A program made the position numbers and the translations under genes. Shown piece by piece: positions 24,150 to 36,739 of a stretch of 64,000 bases of DNA. Location: positions 49,352,001-49,416,000 of the forward strand of contig NC_086100.1 in assembly GCF_963921235.1 (NCBI RefSeq). The letters run 5' to 3'. Source of the stretch: Mobula hypostoma (taxonomy: Eukaryota). Under the pieces are notes generated by a model. That model made no database searches. It was not told the origin of the DNA and saw only the letters and a program-made list of their open reading frames with translations. The number at the start of each line of letters is the position of its first letter. The first letter of the stretch is position 1.

Positions 24150-26997
24150 ACTAATCTATTTTTGACAAACTTACTGGAGTTCTTTGAGGACATAATGAGT
24201 GCAGTGGATAGAAGGGAACAGGTGGATATCGTATACTTGGATGTATTCGATATTCGATAAGGTGCCGCACAAGAGACTTATAAATAAGATACGGATGCAT
24301 GGAGTCGGAGGAAGTATATTGGCATGGATAGTGGATTGCTTAACCAATAGAAGGCAATGAGTCGGTATAAACGGGTGTTTCTCCAGTTGGCAGTCAGTGG
24401 TGAGTGGGGTGCCGCAGGGGTCGGTGCTGGGCTCACAGCTGTTTACCATTTACAGTGATGATTTGGAAGATGGGACTGAGTGTAGCGTAACAAAATTTGC
24501 TGATGACACTAAACTGAGTGGAAAAGTAAATTGTACAGAGGATGTGGAGAGTCCAGAGAGGGATATAGATAGGTTAAGCGAGTGGGCCAAGATCCGGCAG
24601 ATGGAATACAATGTTGGTAAATGCGAGATCATCCACTTTGGAAGAAATAATAGAAGAGCAGATTATTATTTAAATGCTGAAAGATTGCAGCATGCTGTTG
24701 TACAGAGGGACTTGGGAGTGCTTGTGCATGAATCGCAAGTTGGCTTGCAGATGCAACAGGTTATTAAGAAGGCAAACGGAATGTTGGCCTTCATTGCTAG
24801 AGGGATTGAATTCAAGAGCAGGGAGGTCATGCTGCAACTATACAGGGTACTGGTGAGACCGCACCTGGAGTACCATGTGCAGTTCTGGTCTCCATACTTG
24901 AGGAAGGATATACAGGTTTCCCCCGCCATCCAAAGGTAGAGCGTTCCTATGAAACGGTTCGTAAGCCAAAATGTCGAAAAGCGAAGAAGCAATTACCATT
25001 CATTTATATGGGAAAATTTTGTGAGCATTCGCAGACCCAAAAATAACCTACCAAATCATACCAAATAACACATAAAACCTAAAATAACAGTAACATATAG
25101 TAAAAGCAGGAATGATATGATAAATACACAGCCTATATAAAGTAGAAATATTTCTCTACAACGATTGCCTGCACAGATCTCCGTAGCGAAAATCTCACAC
25201 AAACACTCTCGGCAGAAAATCTCATGCAAGCGCTATTGGCGTAAACGCGCTCTCCAGTAACCTTTAAACTATGAAGCTGCCAAATCTACCAAATAACACG
25301 TTAAAATACACAGCCTACATAAAAGAATAATGTATGTACAGTGTAGTATCACTTACGGGAATTGGGAAGACATCAAGCACACTGATGATGGTGTGTTAGA
25401 CTGCGCGGTCGCAGGCTGGGTGATGCAGTGGCCCCCACCCTCCAGGCCCCTGACCGGATACATTGCCACAAAGCACACAGGGGTAGCCGGAAGGCACACA
25501 GCACATCATTAAGAAAAAAGCCGAAATAAACATGCAAATTAATTAGGTGCTGCCCGGCATGTAAATGTCAGTGCAGATCAGTGCCGATTGCATCGGCACT
25601 GATCTGGGCCAACAATTACGCTAGGCGGCACTTAATTAATTAGCATGTTTATTTTGGCTTTTTTCTTAAAGATGTGCTGTGTGCCTCCTGGCTACCCCTG
25701 CATTCTCCACGAATCGGTACAGTATCTGTCCGGGGCCCGGCTGTTGGGGTGGTGAGACATGAGGGTGTCATCGCATCGTCGATCAGGGCAGGCAGCTCAT
25801 CTTCTTCTATGACTGCCCGCCTCAATGTCGAAGGTCGAGGTTCGTCGTCTGCTGTGTCTGATGTGGAAGGCTTGTTTGACTGCTGAGCCTCCTGCATTTT
25901 TATATCACACAGTTCTTTGTAAGGACTCAAAACATCCCCTAAACCTACGTACCCTTTCAAAATTAAAGTCATACTTTATCATTGCAGCGAAAATCTCACA
26001 CAGTTGCTTCACTTTCTGCATTCGGTTTCGATTGTTATCCTTTCCTCTTCCAATTGCATCAGCTCTTCATCAGTCAGTTCTTGGTCATGGGATACCAAAA
26101 CCTCTTCAACATCATCTTCGTCAGCTTCCACAAGCCAAACTCACTTTGTCCTTGCTTCATTCACCACGATTGAAAAGCTTAATTATGTCCAGTCTTACAC
26201 TAAGTGTAACACCCTTACGAGCTCTTTCAGGCTTTTCCAACACCTTAGAACTCATCTTGCAAACGGCTGCTCACAGGCTCGTGCTTAAGCAATGCCGTTC
26301 CGAATCCGGGGGAGAGCGGCTGCTAGGGGTGCGCGCTGCCTTTTATCGCGCGCGGATTTTTTTGCACGCTGCCTTTCTTCGTAACAGTGAAAACACCTTC
26401 TGAAAGCGAAAATAGGGTACTAATGTAGGTCTTTCGTAACAGTGAGGTTTCGTAAAGCGAATGTTCGAAAAGCGGGGGACATCTGTACTGGTTTTGGAGG
26501 CAGTGCATAGGAGGTTCACTAGGCTGATTCCAGAGATGAAGGGGTTAACCTATGAGAGATTGAGTCGCCTGGGACTATACTCTCTGAAGTTCAGAAGAAT
26601 GAGAGGGGATCTTATAGAAACATACAAAATGTTGAAAGGGATAGATAAGATAGAAGTAGGAAAGCTGTCTCCATTAGTAGGTGAGACTAGAACTAGGGTA
26701 CATTGCCTCAAGATTCAGGGGAGTAGATTTAGGATGGAGATGAGGAGAAACTGTTTTTCCCAGAGAGTGGTGAATCTGTGGAATTCTCTGTCCAGGGAAG
26801 CAGTTGAGGCTTCTTCACTAAATATATTTAAGATACAGTTAGACAGATTTTTACATAGTAGGGGAAATAAGGGTTATGGGGAAAAGGCAGGTAGATGGAG
26901 CTGAGTTTACGGACAGACCAGCCATGACCTTATTGAATGGCGGGGCAGGCTTGATGGGCGGGATGGCCTACTCCTGCTCCTATTTCTTATGTTCTTA
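24150..26997 (+). mobile_element. CR1 LINE 3' half, split by a Tigger-like DNA transposon
   Basis: SGVPQGSVLG, KFADDTKLSG, QFWSPYLRKDI then LVLEAVHRRFTRLIP resuming after the insertion; tail TTCTTATGTTCTTA. Confidence 0.92.
24913..26485 (-). mobile_element. Tigger/pogo-like non-autonomous DNA transposon
   Basis: TA TSD at 24911-24912 and 26486-26487; imperfect TIR CAGGTTTCCCCCGC / GCGGGGGACATCTG; minus-strand remnant DEDDVEEVLVSHDQELTDEELMQLEEE. Excision restores the CR1 frame RKDILVLE. Confidence 0.9.
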
Positions 26998-27072
26998 CAC
27001 ATCAATTTAATATGCTTAGTATTACTTTCAAATGTTTTGTACCATTTATGATTACCATTGTATTTCACTTAC

Positions 27073-27139
27073 CAATAAAAATATTCACAAAGGTTATTAA
27101 CGCAGCCACTGGTATTCCAGTTAATAAAATATAGAAACT
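27073..27139 (-). CDS. NDUFB5: NDUFB5 exon 3 (transmembrane helix)
   Basis: SFYILLTGIPVAALITFVNIFI(G); cctgcag acceptor, GTAAGT donor; 67 nt. Confidence 0.95.
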
Positions 27140-27718
27140 CTGCAGGAAAAGAATTGATTGAAAATAAGTGCAATTTTACTCATTAGTTATAAAATTTTCA
27201 AGCAATAATTTAGTCTCTAAAAGGGTAAAATAATTAATACTGGTATTATTATTAATAAGCTGGCAAATATATTTTTTTGCAGTGGAGTGCATATCCCAAA
27301 ATTACACAGGCAACATAAATCTAGCAAGACCACCTTGTCCTTAACTGAAAGCACTTAAACACAACTTACTAATTTAAACAGTGTTAAATAGTGTATTTAT
27401 CAGTAAAGGTACCAAGGCTTCACTACACAAAATTGGCATTAAGATATAAAGGCATTATAAGACATTAATACAAGTTAAAATTAATGAAATTGAAGAACAC
27501 GTAAAGCCAGAACTGGAGGAACATAGAAATCAAAGGGTTGCCCACCATATTTGTACAAGTTAGAAGGCTAACCAATAAAGCAAGACATACAATACAAATG
27601 TATTTGTTATGCCAAGGAACTGAGAGAAATTGAATGTATTTAATTAATCAATCTGTACTCTGATGATGGAAATGTGGCCTTTTAAAGATGTTTCACAAGC
27701 TTTACAGCAGATACCAAA

Positions 27719-27950
27719 GCCATGGTAGCATAATAGTTAGCGCAATGCTATTACAGCTTGGGGGCGTCAGAGTTCGGAGTTCAATTGCAGAAAGTCTGCA
27801 CATTCCTTCCTGTATGTGTGTGGGCTTCCTCCCACAGTCCAAAAATGTACCAGTTAATTGGTCATTGTAAATTGTCCTGTGATTAGGTGAGTTAAATCAC
27901 TGGGCAGCACACTCGAAGGGCCAGAATCTATTTCTAAATAAATACTGTAA
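27719..27950 (+). mobile_element. tRNA-derived SINE
   Basis: A-box-like TGGTAGCATAATAG, B-box-like GAGTTCAATT, core CTTCCTCCCACAGTCCAAAAATGT. Confidence 0.7.
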
Positions 27951-28140
27951 GTAAATAAATTATGTTCATTCTTTGGACATACAGTTGTACAGACAAGTGA
28001 CAAATTAAGATTTTCTTTATTAAGTGCCAACTTGGTTGTTAACTCATGAATACATACCCAAATTGATTTTTTTTCAGTATCAGAAAGAATTTTCCTTAAA
28101 TTATAGATTACTTAAATTAGAGCTATGATTTAATACATAC

Positions 28141-28226
28141 CAGGAGGCGCAAAAAACGACGATCATAATATTGACTGGCCTTGATGACAAACATCTGTTT
28201 CCCATGACTACCATGGCGAACTACAA
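28141..28226 (-). CDS. NDUFB5: NDUFB5 exon 2
   Basis: (V)[28 protein letters not shown]; ttttcag-type acceptor, GTATGT donor; 86 nt. Confidence 0.95.
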
Positions 28227-28757
28227 CTGAAACCAACACAAATACTTTAGAGCAATTAAATCTCTAAAATACATCACAGAAACAAATTGTATAATGCACC
28301 TTTTAACACTGCATATGTGGATACTCAGCTGTTGAAACTGTACAATACTAAACTGAGAGTTTTGGGTATTCAGGGAATCAAAGAATGTGATGGTCAAGAG
28401 AAGAAGCAAATTTATTAGTCAGAATCTTACCGGCTGATAAAGGAGGCTTACAGTACATGAATTAATATGACCCGTTGTGAAAGAAACAACCCATAACAAT
28501 GATCCAACACTGAAAGAATATTAGTCCAGAAGCAAAAATGAATCCTCTCAGCTCTTTCAATGGATGCCGAGCTTGCTCAGGCCCCCCCACCCAGCACACC
28601 TGAACAACATTTGGAGATGCATGAAAAATACAGACTGGAAATATAAAGAATAAAACACAAGACAAATATTGTGTCATTAATTTACACAAGTTTTGTGTGC
28701 ACAATGCAAGTTACAGAAAAGATAAATACCAACAGCGAATCAGCACTAGCAGAACTA

Positions 28758-29545
28758 CAGGTTTCCCCCACTATCCGAAAGTACAGCGTTCCTATGAAAC
28801 TTTTCGTAAGCCGAAATGGCGTAAAGCAAAGAAGCAATTACCATTAACTTATATGGGAAAAATTCTTGCGCGTTCCCAGACCCAAAAAAATAACCTACGA
28901 AATAACATAAAACCTAAAACAGCACTAACATATAGTAAAAGCAGGGATGATATGATAAATACACAGCCTATATAAAGTAGAAATAATGTAAGTACAGTGT
29001 AATTTCACTTACCAGAATCGGGAAGACAGTGAGCACACTGGAAGGTTCACGCACTTTTTTATCATACAGTTCTTTGTAAGCACTCAAAACATCCTGAAAA
29101 CCTGCCCTAAACCTACGTGCCCTTTCAAAATTAAGGTCATACTTTTCTGCAATCATTGCAGCACTGTCAATCGTAGCGAAAATCTCACACAGTTCAAAGC
29201 TATGGCAGCTTGATGCTGAGATGCTGAGCGTAGTTACCAGGGAAGAAGCTTGGCGATGCCACATTTGCTGCTTGGGATGCACGCTGCCTCTATAACGGCT
29301 CGCTGCAAAACAAACGCTGAACGCTATTTTCGCTTTTCGCCATTCCTGCTGCTTGGGGTGCGCGTTGCCTCTGTAACAGCTCGATTCAAAACAAATGCTG
29401 AATGCTATTTTCGCTTTTCGCCTTTTTTCATAAAAGCAAAAATCCTCTTCAGATTTCTTTCAGTTAGCAAAAACAGGTATTAACGTAGGTCCTTCATAAA
29501 AGTGAAATGGCATAAAGCGAACTTTCGTAAAGCAGGGGATATCTG
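28758..29545 (-). mobile_element. Tigger-like element, shorter deletion derivative of the 24913-26485 family
   Basis: Same TIRs, TA flanks and shared internal blocks; ~81-bp tandem duplication at 29266-29423. Confidence 0.88.
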
Positions 29546-29594
29546 TACTTCAAAGTAACTAACTTGTACATCAGTAGTCAATAATAAAGATGTA

Positions 29595-29748
29595 CAGGTC
29601 AGCCTTCACTAATCCGGCACCATTGGGACCTGAGGAGTGCTGGATTGGTGAAAATGCCAAATTACAGAAGGATCACATTAAGCATAATCAGTGCCGGATT
29701 ATTGAAGGAACCGGATTACAGGTAGTCGGATTAATGAAGGTCGACCTG
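29595..29748. mobile_element. 154-bp MITE (Tc1/mariner superfamily)
   Basis: TIR CAGGTCAGCCTTCACTAATCCG / CGGATTAATGAAGGTCGACCTG, flanked by TA on both sides. Confidence 0.8.
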
Positions 29749-29786
29749 TACTTGAATTCCTATGGCTACTAGGCAGATTACAAGAG

Positions 29787-29923
29787 AACACAAGAAATTC
29801 TGCAGATGCTGGAAATCAAGCAAAACACACAAAAGAGACCCTTCTCAGAACAAATTATGGACTGTTTACTCCTCTCCATAGATGTTACCTGAGTTGATGA
29901 CTTCCTCCAGCATTGTTAAGTGT
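29787..29923 (-). mobile_element. degenerate inverted Penelope 3'-end insertion
   Basis: Tail on the minus strand at left, tail-less plus-strand arm at right; diverged direct repeat TAGGCAG.TT..AAGAGA at 29770 and 29924. Confidence 0.6.
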
Positions 29924-31369
29924 TAGGCAGTTTAAGAGAGTTTGACATGCAATCTGAAATAAAGATACTAGTGCCCAGGACTCAAATGATCAAGGGAGAT
30001 GACCAGCTTTTTCTGGTCTTAATGAAGGGTCACAAAGTTGGCTACCTGTAAAACTAAGTGATATAGGAAGTAGCCAAAGATAAAAATTACAAGTGTTTTG
30101 CCAAAATTAAATGCTGCTTCAAGGTGTCTTCCTGTAAATATGGAATGTTTCAGAAAGTCAAGCTGTTGAATGTGATTTACTTGCTTTGCACAGTACTAGA
30201 ATGTATTGAAAACATTCTACATTTTGCAATCGGCCAAAAATACTTGAGATTAATACAATCACTGGGCAATGCTAGAAGAGAACATTTTGTGTACCTGCAA
30301 AATTTATAATTTCTACCTACCAGCTACCAGCCTGTCCTAACCCTTCCTCTCACAGTTTTATACCAGCTATCTTCCCTACATCCTCTCAGTCCTAATGAAG
30401 AGTACATCAAATATCCTTTTGCCTCCATGAATGTTGCTGGGTCCATTGAGTCCTTTCAGTAGTTTAATTTTGCTTTTAAACCTTCCCCACATTTTGAAGG
30501 CTGTGGAGTAAAATTACTGTTCGATCATTCTGGTGATCAGTGCAGTTCACACTTAGACTGTCTGTTAAAGATTTGTCACTGTTCGGCCTTGTCATTCACA
30601 GTACAAAGTTAAAAACAAGACAAGATATTTGGTAAAAAACTGAAGGTGCAAGAAATCTTAAGCAAAATAATAAGTCAATGAGCTTTCATTTGATTACGAA
30701 AGGTCAATTTGTTAAGAACGTAATACATTTTCAATTTTCATTTAAGTGTAGATTTTTTCATTGATTTTGCTGGTTTTTTTGTTCTATTGTGAATGCCTGC
30801 AAAAAAAGAATCTTGGGGTAGTATATGGTGACATACAATTCAAGCACTCTAATAACAAATTTACTTTGAAATTCTAAATACTCTGTAGTAAAACTTTAGT
30901 TTTGAGCACAATAATAAAGTTACATATGCAGAATCTTCCATGTACAAGATCAGGCAGCATAATGAAATGTTTCTTTTATTTCTCCTCCAATTAAAAATCC
31001 TTTTAACCAATTTGGAAACTGATCAATAACAGTTGAAAATGTCCACAAAATGTTCCGGTGGCTGCAGAATGTACAAAATATTTAAAAGCACAATCAATAT
31101 CATAAAGGAATTTAAAAAGGGTAAACAACAACTTTTTATAGTATATTTCACTTCTTGATAGCCAATATTTTGAAATTAAAAATGTGCCACCTGGTAATAA
31201 CTATCAAAGGAAAATGTGCGATTTGAGGATATTCACAAAACAGCATTACAGACTATATCTTGCAAAAGCAACCTTATTTCAGGTGTGGGGAGAGCTTGTG
31301 ATTACAACCAAGCTTTTACACATGGGATCCTATTTGATATCAAAATCAGTTTTGATACAAGACTGTAAG

Positions 31370-33770
31370 ATATAGGAGAAAATGAAGCCATTTGGCCCAT
31401 TGAGTCTGCTCCATCATTTCATCACGGCTGATCCAATTTTTCTCACAGCCTCAATCTTCCGCCTTCTCCCTGTATCTCTTCATGTCCTGACCAATCAAGA
31501 ATCCATCAATCTCTGCCTTAAATATACATAAAGATGATATCTACAGCTGCCTGTGGCAAAGAATTCCACAGATTCACCACTCTCTGGTAAAGAAATTCTT
31601 CTACATCTCGGTTCTAAAAGGACATCTCTCTACTGAGGCTGCATTCTCAGGTCTTACACTCTCCCAAAGGACACATCCTATTCACATCCATTCTATCAAG
31701 ACCCTTCACCATTCGATAGGTTTCAATGAGGTCACCACCCCTCATTATTCTGAATTCCAGTGAATACAGGTCCAGAGCCATGAAAAGCTCTTCATATGAC
31801 AAGCCATTCAATTCTGGAATCATGGAATCATTTTTGTGAACCTCCTTTGAACCCTCTCCAGTTTCAGCACATCCTTTTTTAGATAAGGGCCCAAAACTAC
31901 TCACAATACTCCAAGCACGGCCTCAAGAGTGCTTTTTTAAAGTCTCAACATTATATCCTGGCTGTTAAATTCTAGTCCACTTAAAATGAATCCTAACATC
32001 GCATTTGCCTTCCCTACCACAGACTTAACCTGCAAAATGAACCTTTAGGGAACCCTGCACAAGGACTTGTTATTTCTTCAAAGAATTCCAACCGGTGAGT
32101 CAGGCAAGATTTTCCCTTGAGGAAACCAAGCTGACTACGGCCTATTTTATCATGTGCCTGCAAGTACCCCAAGACCTCGTCCTTCATAATCGACTCCAAC
32201 ACCTTCCCAACCACTGAGGTCAGACTAACTGGCCTATAGTTTCCCTTCTTCTGCCTCTCTCCCTCCTTGAAGCATGGAATAACATTTGTAATTTTCCAAC
32301 CTTCTGGAATCTAGTGATTCTTGAAAGATTATCACTAATGCTTCCACGATCTCTTCAGCTACCTCTTTCAGAACTCTGGGGTGTACACCATCTGGTCCAG
32401 GTGACTTATCTACTTTCAGATCTTTCTCTGAAAGAATCTTCTCTCTAGTAATGGTAACTTCACACACTTCATGATCCTTCACACACTTCACACCTGAAAC
32501 TTCCAACATACTGCTTGTGTCTTTCACAGTGAAGACCCAATGCAAAATACTTATTCAGTTCTGCCTTTCCTATGATACTTCTTGCAATGAAATATACGCA
32601 GCTTGGGACACTAGTCACATCATGCTCAACCTTTTGATTCCTAACTTTGTCTGAGGTCTTACCAACATCTGCCTCCCACAACCTCTCCACTGACTATTCT
32701 GGCAGTCTGGTTCCCATTCCCCTACAAGTCTAGTTTAAACCTTACTGTACAGCATTAACAAACCTTCCCACTAGGATATTAGTTTCCCTCCAGTTCAGGT
32801 GCAAATTTCCCTTCTGTACAGGTCCCACCTTCCCTGGAAGAGAGCTCAATGATCCAAATAGATTATGCTCTCACTCCCACACCACCAATTCCTTAGTCAC
32901 GTATTAAACTATAATCTTCCTATTTCTGGCCTCACTTGCACATGTCAGGTATACCAATCCTGAGATCACAACCATGGAGGTCCTGCCCTTTAACTTAGCA
33001 CCTAACTCTCTATGCAGAACCTCGTCACTTGTCCTACCCATGTACATGCACCACGATCTCTGGCTGTTTATCCTCCTATTTAAGAATGCGGAGGACTCCA
33101 TCTGAGATGTCCCGGACCCTGACACCTGGAGGCAACATGCCACTGGGGGAATCTTGTTATCACCCACAGAACCTCCTGTCCGTTACCCTAACTAACAAAT
33201 CCCCTATCACCACAGTTGACCTCTTCTCCCCACTTCACTTCTGAGTCACAGAGGCAGACTCAGTGCCAGAGACCTGACCACTGTGACTCTGTTAGGTTAT
33301 CCCATACACTCCACCCCCCCAAAATAAAATACCTGCTGTTGAGGGGGATGGCCACAGGGCTACTCTGCACTGGCTCCATAACCCCTTTCCTCTTCCTGAC
33401 TGTCACCCAGTCTCCTGTGTCCTGCACTGAGGTCGTAACTACCTCTCTATATGTCCCACCTCTCACACCCTCAGCCTCCCGAATGATCCGGAGTTCATCC
33501 AGTTCCAGCTCCAACTCCTTAATGCGGATAGTTACAAGCTGCAGCTGGATGCACACCTCGCAGTTGTAGTCGTCAGGGATACTGGAGGTCTCCTCGCCTT
33601 CGCACATTCAGCTCTCTTGCTTGATGTCTCTACTGTCCAAGCTGAGCAGATATAAAGAAGGGAAGGGAGGGGGGGAATAAAACTTAACCTCGAGCTTTTC
33701 TTTGCTTTCTCTGACTGAAGCCTCGAAAAGCTAAAGCCTGAAGAACACCACTCTGACTGTGTCCACTCAG
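31370..33770 (-). mobile_element. CR1 LINE with large internal deletions (ORF1 zinc finger/coiled coil and ORF2 pieces)
   Basis: IPDDYNCEVCIQLQL...ELELELDELRIIRE; KSPGPDGVHPRVLKE; GFLKGKSCLT; 3' UTR at 31370-31430. Confidence 0.88.
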
Positions 33771-33779
33771 ACATTTCAC

Positions 33780-35465
33780 AGGCATATATTGTGCAATTTA
33801 TATAAATAAAACAAGAAAATTAAATTATGTAAGCAGTGTAAAAAGAGGGGAAAAATAGTGAGGTAGTGTTCATGGGTTCATTGTCCATTTAGAAATCTGA
33901 TGGCAGAGGGGAAGAAGCTGTCCTGAAATATTGAGTGTGTCTTCAAGCTCCCATACCTCCTCCTTGATAGTAGCAATGAGAAGAGGGCATGTCCTGGACG
34001 ATGGGGATCCTTAGTAAGGCATCACCTTTTGAAGGTGCCCTGGATGTTAGTGCCCGTGATGGAGCTGACAGTTTACAACTTCCTACATCTTTTTCTGATC
34101 CTGTGCTAGTTACATCATCTCCACATAGACAGCGATGCAACTAGTTAAAATGCTCTCCACAGTGCATCTGTCAAAATTTGAGAATGTCTTTGCTGACATA
34201 CCAATTCTCTTCAAAGTAATGCAGTGTAGCTTCTGTCATGCCTTTTTTGTAACTGCATCATTATGTTGGGCCCAAGACAGATCCTCAGAAATGCTGACAC
34301 CCAGGAACTTGAACCTGCTCACCTTTTTCTTCTGATGCCTTGATGAGGACTGGTGTATGCTCCCTCAAATTCCCCTTCCTGAAGTCCACAATCAGTTCCT
34401 AGGTCTTACTGATGTTGAGTGCAATGTTGTTACGTGTCAGATAAAAGCTTACAAAAATGACAGATTCAACTTATTTTGGATATAACTTCCAGTTAAAATC
34501 TCTAAACCTTATGCACTAGTTTGGCTAAATCTATGCAAATTACACTGATGAAAGTGTCAGAATATGAAAATGGATTATTTATTACCGCTAACATTTCATG
34601 AACTGTGTTGTTTTGCACTGAAAGTACAATGCAAGACATAAAAATTACTAATTAATAGCGCAAAAAATGAATAACAAGGATCTTTAGGAATCTGAAGGCC
34701 GAGGGGAAGAAACTATTCTTAAGATACGAGTATGGACCTTCAGGCTCCTGTACCTCCTCCCCACTGGTAATTATGCGAAAAGGCATGACCTGATGGTAAG
34801 GGTGCCACCTTCTTGAGGCACTGTCCTCAACGGTGGGGAGAGCTGTCCCCATGATGGATCCCTCTGCTGTCCCGTGCATTGGGTCTCCATACCCAACTGC
34901 GATGCAACCTGTCAGAATGCTTGTCACAACATATCTGTAGAAATTTGCAAGAATCTTTGGTGACAGACCAAACCTCCTCAAACTCCAAATGAAGTAAGAC
35001 TACTGATTAGCCTTCTTTGTGAATGAATCAATGTACGGAGCCTAAGAAGAATCCTTTGAGATGTTGATGCCCAGAACTTGAAACTGCTCACTCCTTCCAC
35101 TGCTGATCTCTCAATGTGGATTGGTGTGTGTATCCTGACTTCTCCTTCTTGTAGTCAACAGTAAGTTTTGGCCTTGCTAATGATGACTGAAAGTTTGTTG
35201 TGACATCACTCAACCAGCTGATCCATCTCATTCCTGTACACCTCCTCGGTACCACCTCAGGTTTTGCCATCAGAAAATTTATACATGCCAATTAAAATGT
35301 GCCTAGCTACACAGTCATGAGTGTAGAGAGGGTAGTGCAGTGGGTTATCGACAGTTGCACCTTCATTGATTGTCAGCAAGGAGGAGATGTATTTACCAAT
35401 CCACACTGACTGGTCTGTGGAAGTTATGGGATTCAATTGCAGAGAGGGGGTACGGAAACCCAGGC
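33780..35465 (-). mobile_element. two tandem Rex1/Babar-type 3' fragments
   Basis: RRFGLSPKILANFYRYVVTSILTGCI; similar to 2405-3545 and 42500-43710. Confidence 0.8.
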
Positions 35466-35677
35466 TGAGTCACAAACTTCCCTTTGTATTTTAATTGTTA
35501 CGTTTTCTTTTGTTTTAAATGCAATCCCAGCTTAATTGTCTTGCTATACGAATAGAGTAACAATTTAGAAATACAATTTTTAATACAATTCCTATGCACC
35601 ATACATTAGGTAATGACAGGGTCATTATTCACGCTAACAGTTTCTGTTTTCAAGGAACTTGTTGGGGCATGCTTATA

Positions 35678-36389
35678 CAGTGGATTCCAGTTAAGTGGAC
35701 CATCGGTTAATTGGGGCAGCCACTTATTTGGAACAGCTCTTAAAGAACAAAAACTAATTGAGAACATTGTCAGGATTCCCTTCATTTATTTGGGGCAATA
35801 TGCTCCTTAATTGGGGCAGAAAACTGATGCCAAACAAGTGCTATATAGTGTCAGTCTCGCACACTAAATGGCCGTTTTAGATGCTACACCATGCTTAATG
35901 AGAACAGTTTTTAAATAGCATCAATTGCGTACGTTTGTGTTCGAAATGCAGTGATTATCGTCACTGATAGTTGGTGAGAAATAGGCAGTAAGACGGTTCC
36001 AAACTGCTTTTCTCATTGCAGTTTCAAACATTCAGGTTTGGAGATGCCAGAAACAGCCAGGAGTGAAAATGAAACAATTTCACTACTTCAACAAGTCAGG
36101 CACTACGAAGAATTTGAACGTTGCATTGAAAATGAAGATTTGGAGGATGCAATCGTCAATAGCACTGTAGGAAGGCTGTCCAATATCTGCACTAGGTGTC
36201 TGCGCTGATTTTTTTCACTACGTACACTAGGTGAATTTCTCCATTGATAGCTATTTGGTTACTCAATTAAACAGTAATTTGTCTTTTTCTACACTTTTTA
36301 AACTATTTTCATGAAACTAACTGGGGTGGCTGCTTAATTGGGCCAAAATGCCCTGGTCCTGATATGTTGCAATTAACCAGAATCCACTA
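35678..36389. mobile_element. Tigger-like MITE, family 2
   Basis: TIR CAGTGGATTCCAGTTAA / TTAACCAGAATCCACT with TA flanks; related copies at 51981-53065, 53357-53570 and 11945-12005. Confidence 0.85.
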
Positions 36390-36739
36390 TATACACACAC
36401 GTCAGAACTGAAACAGTTAGTAGCATTTCCCCGTCCTTCAATATTTGTGTTGTCTAGGACTTTAGCTCTCTTTTTGTTCTCATAAACCATCAGCTCTTAA
36501 ATAGATCCACAGAATAGCTTCTCATGACTATCACCACAACAAACTTCTGCGTGTACTTGAAATCTGAACAATCCATATGGTACTATTAAATATACCCATT
36601 TTGAATTACTCTCACTGCAATCTGAACATGTAATTTCCCTTTAAGCCGGGGGTTCCCATTCTGGAGGCCACAAACCCCTCAGTTAATGGTTGGAGTTCAT
36701 AGCATAAAAAAAGTTGAGAACCCCTGCTCTAAGCAATGT

